NCBI GenBank assembly: GCA_963663445.2
Contig: CAXXTM010000002.1
Location: 1,167,187 to 1,231,186 of the forward strand
Source: Aggregatilineales bacterium
GTDB taxonomy: Bacteria > Chloroflexota > Anaerolineae > Aggregatilineales > Phototrophicaceae
Direction: 5' to 3'
DNA: 64,000 nucleotides
The notes under the pieces are model-generated. The model did not search any database and had not been told where the DNA came from. It saw nothing but the letters and a program-made list of their open reading frames with translations. The position numbers and the translations under genes are program-made. Below are positions 10,025-19,239 of the stretch, piece by piece; the stretch's first letter is position 1; each line of letters opens with the position of its first letter.

Positions 10025-10702
10025 TCAACGCGGATGGCGCGGGATGGCGCCGACAACATGCAAGCCGAGCTTGCGCAGGTCGTCTTTGTGGTGAATCCGC
10101 AAGTCGAAATACTCAGCCATATATGCTAGCGCGAGACCGATAAACAAGCCGACAGCGAGCCGTAGTATTGGCGCCAGGCGATTTGTCAAGGGCGGCGGCG
10201 CTGGACTGATGATGGGCTGATCGAGAACCGTAACTTGCGCGGGCTGGTCCCCGAGTTGCGGGAAATATGCCTGGTTGCGGCTGCCCAAGACAGCCATAGC
10301 CGCCTCGGCAATGGGTGCCAGCGATTCCGCCTGACTGTGGTTCAGGTATATGACGCCAATGCTGCGCGCGTTGTCGGCGGCGATGCTCAGGCGCGCCAGA
10401 TCGATGGCGGGGTCGGCCAGCCATTCGACGATTTCAGCGCGAAAACTGCCGCTGCGCACCCAATCGGTAAAGGCATTCACTGTCAATTCCGATGCCAGCC
10501 AGACATCTTGATAATCGCCGTCGCGTTGGGGCAGGTTAAATTCTTGCGCCGCGCTGTATCTGATTTGCGCGCTGAACCCTGTGGCGTCATTAGTTGGTTC
10601 CGCCATCAAGCCCGCGATCACAAGCGCAACGCTGAGCGCGACCGGCGCGGCGACCAGCCACCAGCGGCGCAAAAGCGCGCGCGTCAGCATGGTCAGTTCC
10701 AT
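10025..10702 (-). CDS. Wzz/CapA-like polysaccharide co-polymerase (chain-length determinant) membrane protein
   Basis: Two terminal TM helices (WWLVAAPVALSVALVIAGL; LRLAVGLFIGLALAYMAEYF) flank an extracytoplasmic domain. The C-terminal tail DLRIHHKDDLRKLGLHVVGAIP resembles the kinase-activating tail of CapA-type modulators. ATG 10702 overlaps the GT4 stop by 10 nt. Confidence 0.65.
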   Translation of the reverse strand: MELTMLTRALLRRWWLVAAPVALSVALVIAGLMAEPTNDATGFSAQIRYSAAQEFNLPQRDGDYQDVWLASELTVNAFTDWVRSGSFRAEIVEWLADPAIDLARLSIAADNARSIGVIYLNHSQAESLAPIAEAAMAVLGSRNQAYFPQLGDQPAQVTVLDQPIISPAPPPLTNRLAPILRLAVGLFIGLALAYMAEYFDLRIHHKDDLRKLGLHVVGAIPRHPR

Positions 10703-11850
10703 GCGATTTCCCTCCCATCGGCAAGGGGATCTCGCCATGTGAAATCCCTGCCAGTCCGATGCGCATGCCAGGCTTGTTCTACAAAAGCGCTGATTTTCTG
10801 GCTGAAGACGCCTGTATCAAATTTGAGCGCATGTTGACGAATCTTCGCGGGCTCGTAAGCGCTGGCGTCAAATCGCGCCATGACGGTCTTCAGGCTGTCT
10901 ACGGTCATGCTGTCGAAATGTTCGCCGGTGACACCGGGCAAGACCGTATCCAGCGCCCCGCCGCCTTTGAAAGCGATGACGGGCCGCCCGGCCGATTGCG
11001 CTTGCACAGGGCTGATTCCAAAATCTTCCAGACCAGGAAACAGAAGCGCTCGGCAGCGGGACATCAGCCGGGGCAGATCTTTATCTGGCACGTAACCCAA
11101 AAACTCGACATTTTCACCCGCCATAGACTGCAGCCGTTCCAGATCGCGCCCAGTCCCGGCGATCTTCAAGGGCAGGCTCAATTCGCTCGCAGCCTGTATC
11201 GCGAGATCAATCCGCTTGTAGGGAATCAGGCGAGACACGACTAAAAAATAATCTTCAATTTCGTCTTGCAGCGCGGGTTGAAAGCGCGAGGTATCCACGG
11301 GCGGGAAGATGATGCTCGATTCACGGTCATAAAAGGTCTTGATACGTTGCTTTATCGCGCTGCTGATGGCGATGAAATGCGAAACGCGTTGCGCAGCGGC
11401 ATAGTCCCAGCGGCGCAGCAGGTTGACGAGGGGCTGAATCAGCGTCTCTGATAGCTTGCCCAAGCCCTCGCCTGCCAGATAGTTATCGAGTTGCCAGACG
11501 TAACGGGTGGGCGCGAGGCAATAGCAGATATGCACTGCCGTGGCGGCAAAGCGCAGACCGTGACAAAAGCCGCTTTTATTGCTCAACACCACATCAAATT
11601 CCCCCAAGCGCAACCCGTTCCAGGCTAATGGATATAAGGGCAGGTATGGTTGATGGCGACGATGAATCGCGGGCAGGTTATTGGTCCATAGCGCGCGTAT
11701 ATCCCATTGTTGATAGCGTTCCGGCATGAGCTCTGGCGCGAAAATGCTCGTGTAAATTGGGCTGGCCGGATAATTGTGGACCAAAATCTCGAGTACGTCT
11801 TCCGCGCCGCCGATTTGATTCAACCAGTCGTGAACAAGCGCAATCTTCAC
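10693..11850 (-). CDS. Glycosyltransferase family 4 (GT-B, retaining)
   Basis: MKIALVHDWLNQIGGAED N-terminus. C-terminal block LLFPGLEDFGISPVQAQSAGRPVIA (E-x7-E region). GTG start. Confidence 0.85.
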   Translation of the reverse strand: MKIALVHDWLNQIGGAEDVLEILVHNYPASPIYTSIFAPELMPERYQQWDIRALWTNNLPAIHRRHQPYLPLYPLAWNGLRLGEFDVVLSNKSGFCHGLRFAATAVHICYCLAPTRYVWQLDNYLAGEGLGKLSETLIQPLVNLLRRWDYAAAQRVSHFIAISSAIKQRIKTFYDRESSIIFPPVDTSRFQPALQDEIEDYFLVVSRLIPYKRIDLAIQAASELSLPLKIAGTGRDLERLQSMAGENVEFLGYVPDKDLPRLMSRCRALLFPGLEDFGISPVQAQSAGRPVIAFKGGGALDTVLPGVTGEHFDSMTVDSLKTVMARFDASAYEPAKIRQHALKFDTGVFSQKISAFVEQAWHAHRTGRDFTWRDPLADGREIAWN

Positions 11851-11920
11851 GCCGAACTCCAGTTAATCTGAGCCGAATAATACCATAGGTTCGGGGCGCG
11901 CTCATTAATGGCTGTTGACC

Positions 11921-12595
11921 CTATTCTGTCTCGACGCTCAACAGATCGCGCGCAGGCTTGAAAGACACGCGGTGGTATTCGCAGGGACCGTGTCGGTTCA
12001 GGGCATCAAGATGCGCTCTTGTGCCATAGCCTTTGTTCTGGGCGAATCCATATTCCGGATAAGATTCTTCCAGCGCAATCATGTATTTGTCGCGCCAGAC
12101 CTTGGCGATGACACTGGCGCAGGCGATGCTCAGCGAAAGTTTGTCGCCTTTGACTATGCAGCACATTGGATAACTGGCTTGTTCGGGCCAGGGCAAATAG
12201 TCGAGGAACAAACAGTCCGGCGCGACGGGCTGCCGTTCAAGCGCGCCATCTAGCGCGCGCCGCATGGCCAGCTTGGTGGCGCTTATGATGCCGGTGGCGT
12301 CAATCTCAGCCGCGCTGCTATGACCGATGCCCCAGGTCAGCGCGATTTCCTTAATGACGACGTCCGCCGCCAGGCGCTGGCTAGCATTCATCTCTTTGCT
12401 GTCGCGGGCTCCTTTCAGGATTTTGCCGAGGTCCTCTCGCTGCAGGGGCAGCGCCACAGCCCCCGCCGCGACTGGACCGGCCAGCGGACCTCGACCCGCT
12501 TCGTCCATGCCTATGATGACTCGGTATCCAGCCGCGAAGTATTCTTTCTCGAAGCGCAGGCTGGCGGTCTTGGGCGTTCTAGCCGCTCTTTTCAT
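11921..12595 (-). CDS. rnhB: Ribonuclease HII
   Basis: GMDEAGRGPLAGPV catalytic motif, DSK, and C-terminal HR.SF. Start moved to ATG 12595 (MKRAARTPK...), which overlaps the upstream GT2 stop by 17 nt. Confidence 0.9.
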   Translation of the reverse strand: MKRAARTPKTASLRFEKEYFAAGYRVIIGMDEAGRGPLAGPVAAGAVALPLQREDLGKILKGARDSKEMNASQRLAADVVIKEIALTWGIGHSSAAEIDATGIISATKLAMRRALDGALERQPVAPDCLFLDYLPWPEQASYPMCCIVKGDKLSLSIACASVIAKVWRDKYMIALEESYPEYGFAQNKGYGTRAHLDALNRHGPCEYHRVSFKPARDLLSVETE

Positions 12596-13325
12596 AGTCC
12601 CCACGACGCCAGTTCCGCCGTATTTCCCAGATTTCGCGCAGCATGTTGACCGAGTCATCCCATAGCCGCATAGTTGAATAGGGATCGTAATACCAGGTAA
12701 TCGGCACCTCTTTGATCTTGTAGCCACGGCGCTTGGCAATGTAGAGCAGCTCGACGTCAAAGCCGATGCCATTCATTTTCTGTACGCCGAAGAGATCCAG
12801 CGCCGCGGAACGCCTAAACATCTTGAATCCGCATTGCGTGTCCTCAAAGTCGTCAAGCGCGGCTAGCTTGATAATCCAGTTGTTTATTCTGCCGATCATG
12901 TGGCGATATTCCGGTTCATCCACCCGTTGCGCGCCCGGCGCTTCTCGGCTGGCGATAATTACATCGCATCCGGCGCTTGCCGGTGGCAGGAAGCGGGCGA
13001 TATCCTCGATGCGCATAGACAGATCAGCATCGCAAATGAAGCGCCATTCGCCGTTTGCCGCCAGCATTCCCTGCTTGACAGCCAGCCCCTTGCCGCGCAA
13101 ATTGTCAGGCGACTGTATGACGCGGATATGGCTGAAGGCGTCGGCGAATTCCTTGGCGACTTCAAAGGTGCGGTCTGCGCTGCCGTTTTCAACGATGATG
13201 ACCTCGTAGGCGTAGTCCTGCCGCCGCAGGTAGGCATTGATTTGCGCCAGGCTGGGGGGCAAGCGAGTCTCTTCGTTATGCGCCGGTATCACTATGCTTA
13301 GGAAGGGCGAAGCTTGCTGGCTCAC
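12579..13325 (-). CDS. Glycosyltransferase family 2, polyprenol-phosphate sugar transferase-like (DPM1/GtrB-like)
   Basis: LSIVIPAHNEE, VENGSADRT, CDADLS (DxD). Small soluble GT-A size (248 aa). Confidence 0.85.
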   Translation of the reverse strand: MSQQASPFLSIVIPAHNEETRLPPSLAQINAYLRRQDYAYEVIIVENGSADRTFEVAKEFADAFSHIRVIQSPDNLRGKGLAVKQGMLAANGEWRFICDADLSMRIEDIARFLPPASAGCDVIIASREAPGAQRVDEPEYRHMIGRINNWIIKLAALDDFEDTQCGFKMFRRSAALDLFGVQKMNGIGFDVELLYIAKRRGYKIKEVPITWYYDPYSTMRLWDDSVNMLREIWEIRRNWRRGDYEKSG

Positions 13326-13447
13326 AAAAAAAGACTCCTGAAGGTAGCTATGACGGCATCTAAAAAGACTCTGCTTAATGATACGTCTATTTCAATAAAT
13401 GTACATGGAATAGAGCGCCGCGAAGCACGCGCCAGTCTCTCGACTCT

Positions 13448-14401
13448 TCACTTTGGCGGGCTCAGAATGCTGTCAATGTAGGCATCGCTTACCGCCTTTG
13501 TCGCTTGAATCTGTCGCCGCTTGCGCATGGCGCTGCCGACTGTAAGCAAACCGCGAACTGTGCCGCGCAGTCGCGCTCGCGCTGCGGCGCCGCGCCAGGC
13601 GCGCAGAGCCTGCCAGGCCAGGGCGGCTTGCCGTCCGAGGATTTGAAGAGCGTACTTGCGCATCAAAGCGCCGGGCATGTTCTTGACCAGAACCCAGATG
13701 CTATTGCGCCCGTCGTAGTAGCTTGCGGTCGTGCCGCCGCCACTGGCCGAGAGGTGATGATAGACCAGGGCGGAAGGCGCGTACAAGGCTTTGTAACCCG
13801 CCAGCTGCGCGCGCCAAGCCAGGTCAATGTCTTCCAGCAAGAAAAAGAAATCGTCGTCCAGCAAACCTATATCGTCGAGCATTGACTTGCGATAGGCAGC
13901 GGCGCCGCCGCAAGCGCCGAAGACATATTCCGCGCGGTCATACTGACCGAGATCCGCTTCCCAGGCGCCGCGGTTGCCGGCGCTGCCGTCGGTCGCGAAG
14001 GTGTCGCCCGCGGTGTGAAAATGATCGCGTTTGTCAAAGAGCAGCATTTTGCTGGCTACCATCCCGACTTCCCGCTCGCTGCGAAAGGCCGCGACGATTG
14101 CCTTCACCCAGTTGACATCCACTTCCGTGTCATTATTGAGCAGGGCGATGATGTCGCCGCTGGCGGCTTGCATGCCGATATTGCAGGCGCCAGTGAAGCC
14201 GCGGTTTTCTGGCAAAGCGATCAGTTGGACCTGTGGATAGCCGTCGCGAACGAGAGCCTGCGAGCCGTCATGCGAGGCGTTGTCCACCACAATAATCTCA
14301 ATGTCGCGATACGATTGCTGTTGAAGGGATTCGAGGCAGGCATTAAGGAAGTGGCGGCCATTCCAGTTGGGAATCACCACTGAAAACTTGCCTCGGCTCA
14401 T
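13448..14401 (-). CDS. Glycosyltransferase family 2 (rhamnosyltransferase-like)
   Basis: FSVVIPNWNGRHFL, VDNASHDGS, LNNDTEV, FFFLLEDIDLAWR. Confidence 0.85.
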   Translation of the reverse strand: MSRGKFSVVIPNWNGRHFLNACLESLQQQSYRDIEIIVVDNASHDGSQALVRDGYPQVQLIALPENRGFTGACNIGMQAASGDIIALLNNDTEVDVNWVKAIVAAFRSEREVGMVASKMLLFDKRDHFHTAGDTFATDGSAGNRGAWEADLGQYDRAEYVFGACGGAAAYRKSMLDDIGLLDDDFFFLLEDIDLAWRAQLAGYKALYAPSALVYHHLSASGGGTTASYYDGRNSIWVLVKNMPGALMRKYALQILGRQAALAWQALRAWRGAAARARLRGTVRGLLTVGSAMRKRRQIQATKAVSDAYIDSILSPPK

Positions 14402-15261
14402 TAAATATAGCCCTCGGCTTGTAGAAAGTTGTCAACGGCTTCTTGCCAGGACCGCAAGCCAATGCCCAGGCTATACGCTTCGATGTTATCCAATGCCGTG
14501 TATTCGGGCGGCAGCGACGGGCGCTGCCACTGCTGCCGGGTGATAGGCTCAATGGGCGTGTCGGAGAAACCAACCCGGTCCAGAACATAGCGCGCGAACT
14601 GCCAACGCGAAACAGCGCCTTGATTGACCAGATGATAGGTGCCGTAACGCTCTGTCTCGATCAAGCGCGCAATCGCCTCAGCCAAGTCCGCCGTATAGGT
14701 GGGGTTGGCGATTTCGTTGGCGACGACTCGGAGTGGCTCCCCCGCCTGCGCGGCCGCCAGGATGGCTTGCATGAAATTGCCGCCGCCAGGCGCGAAAAGC
14801 CAGGCTGTGCGTACAATGTAGTGGCGGGGGTTGATTTGCAGCAAGGCGCGCTCGCCGTGCCACTTGCTATAACCGTAGGCGTTCTGCGGGTTGGGATAAT
14901 CGTACTCGCGATAAGGCTGCCTGCGGCGGCCGTCGAAGACCTCGTTTGTGCTGACGTATAACATGGGAATGCCGGCATTTGCGCAGCAGGCGGCCAGATT
15001 GTGCGTGCCGATGCCGTTAATGCGCAGCGCCCGCGCGGGCTCAAGCGCGCAGCCATTGACATCGGTCCAGGCGGCAGTATGCAAAATGATACTTGGGGCT
15101 AGAGCCTTGACCAGGCTGCGACAAGCCACGTAATCTTCGATGTCCAGGACATGCTCGACATCGCCCAGGATATCCGCGCCGAGCGCCTCGTGATTTCCGC
15201 GCAGTCGCTTGATTAAGCGCGACCCAAGTTTGCCGGCCGCGCCGCTGATTAGAATTCTCAT
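14401..15261 (-). CDS. rfbD: dTDP-4-dehydrorhamnose reductase
   Basis: MRILISGAAGKLG Rossmann start, YGYSKWHGE (YxxxK), RmlD-like length. The track ORF begins at GTG 15273. ATG 15261 gives the canonical N-terminus. Confidence 0.85.
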   Translation of the reverse strand: MRILISGAAGKLGSRLIKRLRGNHEALGADILGDVEHVLDIEDYVACRSLVKALAPSIILHTAAWTDVNGCALEPARALRINGIGTHNLAACCANAGIPMLYVSTNEVFDGRRRQPYREYDYPNPQNAYGYSKWHGERALLQINPRHYIVRTAWLFAPGGGNFMQAILAAAQAGEPLRVVANEIANPTYTADLAEAIARLIETERYGTYHLVNQGAVSRWQFARYVLDRVGFSDTPIEPITRQQWQRPSLPPEYTALDNIEAYSLGIGLRSWQEAVDNFLQAEGYI

Positions 15262-15300
15262 CTGTTTCGTCACTATCCAGGCACAAGATTCATTCTAACC

Positions 15301-16023
15301 TCAGCGAAAATTCGCGACTAGCCGATTATCGCTCAGGTCAAAACCCGCGAAACTGAAAATGCCGCTGCTGGTCTCCGCTTGTAGCTGTTCTGCAACTTGC
15401 GCGACCGTCGCTTCGATTTGCCGAATGTGTTTGCCCAGGGCATTGGCGGGCAGCTCATAGCGGATTCCGCCAAGCGTGACGCTATCGACCTTCAGTATGT
15501 CTTCTCTATCTGTCCGCACATGAATGTCGATAGCTTGCCAGACGTTGATCAAGTCAAGAAAAGCCTCGCCCGAGATTGTGACTAGGCCGTCGGCGGCGCT
15601 GATCTGCGCTCGTCTTATCGGGCGGCCGCGATCCCCGCAAAACCCGGTGAATTGCAGGCAAAGGTTGAGCAGGTCCGAATCTTTTAACACGATTTGCAGG
15701 ACGCGGTCTCCCAAGGCGTCATCCCCGACCCTTAGCTCAAGATCTATGCCTGGCGGCAGAGCCAGCCGACCGAAATCTTGCGTGATGAATGTGACCGGGG
15801 AAGCATCAGCCGCGTTAGCCAAGGTAGCGATCGCCTCTGCAGTGACTGGCGCTTGCGTTCTGCGAACGGTTTCAAAACCAATGACACGCAACAAGATGCT
15901 TGGCAAAGCCGGGCTTAACAGGACAGCGGCGACCAAGACGAGAATGAGCAAGCCGGCCGCAATCAAGACGATGCCGCAGCTTCGTGAAGCGCGCCGGTTC
16001 TCCGAATGTCTTTGAACTTGCAA
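15301..16023 (-). CDS. Hypothetical membrane-anchored protein (single N-terminal TM, about 190-aa extracytoplasmic domain), no family recognised
   Basis: ORF of 240 aa with TTG start 13 nt after the rmlB stop. TM is IVLIAAGLLILVLVAAVLL. It lies in an operon position between rmlB and rmlD. Confidence 0.5.
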   Translation of the reverse strand: MQVQRHSENRRASRSCGIVLIAAGLLILVLVAAVLLSPALPSILLRVIGFETVRRTQAPVTAEAIATLANAADASPVTFITQDFGRLALPPGIDLELRVGDDALGDRVLQIVLKDSDLLNLCLQFTGFCGDRGRPIRRAQISAADGLVTISGEAFLDLINVWQAIDIHVRTDREDILKVDSVTLGGIRYELPANALGKHIRQIEATVAQVAEQLQAETSSGIFSFAGFDLSDNRLVANFR

Positions 16024-16038
16024 TGGGATACCCGCGCG

Positions 16039-17073
16039 CTAGATCTTAGGCAGCTTGTCGGCGGCGAGGCGCTCGGCATATTGCCGCTGGTAATAATCGA
16101 GATAGGCGCCGGTTTTGATCTTGCGCCACCACCACTCGTTTTCCAGGTACCAGCGCACCGTCGCTTCCAAGCCCGTCTCGAAGTCGTATTGCCGCGCCCA
16201 GCCCAGTTGGCGCGCCTTGCCCGCGCTCATCGCATAGCGGCGATCGTGCCCCTCGCGGTCCGGCACGTGCTTGATCAGCGACTGCGGTTTGCCCAGCAAT
16301 TCCAGAATGCGCCTGGTGACATCAATGTTGAAGCGCTGGTTCTCCCCCGCGAGGTTGTAGGCTTCGCCCGACTTGCCATGATGCAGCAGGAAATCGACGC
16401 CGCGAGCGTGATCGTCGACATAGAGCCAGTCGCGTATCTGCTTGCCATCGCCATAGAGCGGCAAGAGCCGGTCGTCGATCGCTTCTGTCGTGAAAAATGG
16501 GATGAGCTTTTCGGGATACTGATAGGGACCATAGGTATTGCTGCCGCGCGTGACAAGCGTATCCATGCCATAAGTGACATGGTAGGCGCGGAGCATCAGT
16601 TCGCCCCCGGCTTTGCTGGCGGCATAGGGGCTATTGGGCAGAAAGCGATCGTCTTCGGTAGACTGACCTAATTCGATATCGCCATAAACTTCATCTGTGG
16701 AGACATGACAGAAGCGCCCGAGCCCGTGTTTCCGCCCTTCGTCCAGCAGAATATAGGCCCCGACCACATCAGTGTGAATGAAGGCGTCGGGGTCCAGAAT
16801 GCTGCGGTCGACGTGGCTTTCGGCAGCGAAGTTCACGATGGTATCAATGTTGTGCTTGTTCAGGACCGACTTGACCCTTTGCCGATCGGCAATATCGCCC
16901 GGTTCAAAGCGGTAATTCACTTCATCGCTGACGGCAAGCAGATTGTCCAAGTTGCCGGCATAAGTCAGTTTGTCGTAGCAAATGATACGATAGTCGGGAT
17001 AGGCTGCCACCATGTGGCGGACAAAGGCGCTGCCGATGAAGCCGGCGCCGCCCGTAACCAGGATATTCTTCAT
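16039..17073 (-). CDS. rfbB: dTDP-glucose 4,6-dehydratase
   Basis: ILVTGGAGFIGS, STDEVYG, YAASKAGGE. Full-length colinearity with RmlB. Confidence 0.95.
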   Translation of the reverse strand: MKNILVTGGAGFIGSAFVRHMVAAYPDYRIICYDKLTYAGNLDNLLAVSDEVNYRFEPGDIADRQRVKSVLNKHNIDTIVNFAAESHVDRSILDPDAFIHTDVVGAYILLDEGRKHGLGRFCHVSTDEVYGDIELGQSTEDDRFLPNSPYAASKAGGELMLRAYHVTYGMDTLVTRGSNTYGPYQYPEKLIPFFTTEAIDDRLLPLYGDGKQIRDWLYVDDHARGVDFLLHHGKSGEAYNLAGENQRFNIDVTRRILELLGKPQSLIKHVPDREGHDRRYAMSAGKARQLGWARQYDFETGLEATVRWYLENEWWWRKIKTGAYLDYYQRQYAERLAADKLPKI

Positions 17074-17894
17074 TTTGGAACCGCCTTTCCTGCCAGCGCG
17101 AATTCTTCCAGAGCAAATGCAACGCCGTCTTCTTCATTGCTTGGCACAATGACGTCCGCGATGTCCTTTAACTTCTGAGTCGCGTTGCCCATCGCAGCGC
17201 CAATGCCGACGGCTTGCAGCATCTCGATGTCGTTCTCGCCATCGCCAAGAGCCAAGACATTGGACGGATCAATACCGAGTTCTTCCAGCAAGGTCTTGAC
17301 CGCCTGTCCCTTAGACGCATTCGCTGGCAGCACCTCGATCATGCCATCTACATTGGCGCGCGTCACATGGACAGCGCCATCCAGCCGCGCCTCAAGCGCC
17401 TGCCGCATTGTCGCGACCCTGTCTTCTTCACCGTAGAGAACAACCTTGTTGATATCAAAGCTATCCAGGAGTTCGCGCCAATCGGCAATTGTTTCCGCCT
17501 GCGGCTCGCCAAATTCGGTCAATTTGGTGGTGAATTCATCGACTCGCAGGGCAAATGCGCGGTTGTCGCTATAGGCCAGCGCGCTAAATCCGAACTCTTT
17601 CCCCAGCGAAATGACTCGCGAGACCGATTCGCGCTCCATGACGATGCGTGTGCGAACGCTGCCATCGGCATTATAGGTAATGAGTCCCTGCATATAGATG
17701 CCCGGCGAGTTGATGCCAAGCGCTTTGATCAAGCTCGCGGCCGCATGGCGCGTCTTGCCAGTTGCGAATACCACTGCGATACCCCGTTGCTGTGCGGATT
17801 CAAGCGCCGATCGATTGCGGTCGCTCAGCTCATGTCGGCTGTTAAGCAAGGTGCCGTCCAGGTCGATTGCGACAAGCTTTATCTCCTTGTTCAT
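17070..17894 (-). CDS. Cof-type HAD-IIB sugar-phosphate phosphatase
   Basis: DLDGTLL (motif I), ATGK, GDGENDIEM (motif IV). ATGA overlap with the rmlB start. Confidence 0.85.
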   Translation of the reverse strand: MNKEIKLVAIDLDGTLLNSRHELSDRNRSALESAQQRGIAVVFATGKTRHAAASLIKALGINSPGIYMQGLITYNADGSVRTRIVMERESVSRVISLGKEFGFSALAYSDNRAFALRVDEFTTKLTEFGEPQAETIADWRELLDSFDINKVVLYGEEDRVATMRQALEARLDGAVHVTRANVDGMIEVLPANASKGQAVKTLLEELGIDPSNVLALGDGENDIEMLQAVGIGAAMGNATQKLKDIADVIVPSNEEDGVAFALEEFALAGKAVPK

Positions 17895-17933
17895 GGTGGG
17901 TTTAATTATCCCTTTCTGTTTGCGCCAGACAGG

Positions 17934-19004
17934 CTAGACCCAAAGGGTACCGTGATCGCCCAGGTTCATTTTGATGCCGCTTGGCTTGCCGTCGCTTCGT
18001 TTGACAGTGGCGTTGCGCCCGATGAGGCTGTCGCGCAGCGTTTGATCAATGTCGATGACGCGGCTGTTTTCCAAAATGATGCTGCGTTCAATCTGGCAGT
18101 TGCGTATTTCGCAATGGTGGTAAATGCTGGTGAAAGGACCGATGAAGCTGTTTTCGATGACGGTGCCCTTGCCCAGGATGGTCGGACCGCGAACGATGCT
18201 GTTTACGATTCTGGCGTCTTCCTGCACGGTCACGCGCGAGTCGATGATCGAGTCGCTGTCAATCTCGGCAGTGGCGGCAATAGTCGGGCAGATCTCTTCC
18301 AGGACATGGCTGTTGGCTTCCAACATATCTGTTGGCTTGCCAGTGTCTATCCACCAGCCCTCGTGGATATGCGGGAACACGGTATAGCCATGGTCGATCA
18401 ACCATTGAATGGCGTCGGTGATTTCGTATTCGCCGCGCGGCGACGGTTGTATTGCCGCGACCGCTTCAAAAATATGCTTATCGAACATGTAAATGCCGAC
18501 CAGCGCCAGATCGCTTGGCGGTGTCGGCGGTTTTTCGATGAGCCGCTCGATGCCGCCATCGGGTCGCAACTCCGCCACGCCATAGGCAGAGGGATTGTCT
18601 ACCCGTTTCAAGACGATCTGACAATTCCATTGATTGTCGGCGAAATCTTTGATGAGCGGGCTTATCCCGCCTTGCACCACATTGTCGCCGAGGAACATGA
18701 CAAAGGACGAATCGCCGAGGAAATCGCGCGAGATCTTCACAGCGTGGGCGAGGCCGTCGGGGCTGTCTTGCACGATGTAATGGAGTTCGACTCCCCATTC
18801 GCCGCCGTCGCCCAAGGCGTCGCGGATTTCCGCCGCGGTTTGACCAACGACGATGCCGATCTCTCTCACCCCCGCCTCGCGAATCGCCTCTATCACTCGG
18901 ATAAGCACCGGCTTGTTCGCTACTGGAATCAGTTGTTTGGCGCGAGTATAGGTCAAGGGGTAGAGCCGCGTGCCTTTGCCGCCGCTTAGAATAAGTCCCT
19001 TCAT
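17934..19004 (-). CDS. rfbA: Glucose-1-phosphate thymidylyl/nucleotidyltransferase, long form with C-terminal left-handed beta-helix
   Basis: MKGLILSGGKGTRLYPLTYTRAKQL. The C-terminal third consists of hexapeptide repeats. Start moved to ATG 19004. Confidence 0.8.
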   Translation of the reverse strand: MKGLILSGGKGTRLYPLTYTRAKQLIPVANKPVLIRVIEAIREAGVREIGIVVGQTAAEIRDALGDGGEWGVELHYIVQDSPDGLAHAVKISRDFLGDSSFVMFLGDNVVQGGISPLIKDFADNQWNCQIVLKRVDNPSAYGVAELRPDGGIERLIEKPPTPPSDLALVGIYMFDKHIFEAVAAIQPSPRGEYEITDAIQWLIDHGYTVFPHIHEGWWIDTGKPTDMLEANSHVLEEICPTIAATAEIDSDSIIDSRVTVQEDARIVNSIVRGPTILGKGTVIENSFIGPFTSIYHHCEIRNCQIERSIILENSRVIDIDQTLRDSLIGRNATVKRSDGKPSGIKMNLGDHGTLWV

Positions 19005-19239
19005 GGCAAGTTGACTCCCCTGCAAGACTCCCTGTTCATAGCCTTGTCTCTTCGTCTAAATGTGTACTCCGCCACCATAAGAATATCCAAGTATGTCATG
19101 CAAAACTTGATGAATGGTCGCACTTTTAATCACTTCTGTGCTGTATCTAAACACTTGACGGATTTCTGAGAAGCTGAGCGCCGTCCATATTTAGGCGAAC
19201 TGCAAAGCGGTTTCCCGCGTGCTTGCAGCGGACCGGGCC

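Noticed and set aside
17214-18989. Very long (591 aa) plus-strand ORF
   Set aside because: It is entirely antisense to the well-supported HAD phosphatase and rmlA genes. Its product is low-complexity and Ala/Arg/Asp-rich with no motifs. This is the typical shadow ORF of GC-rich coding DNA.
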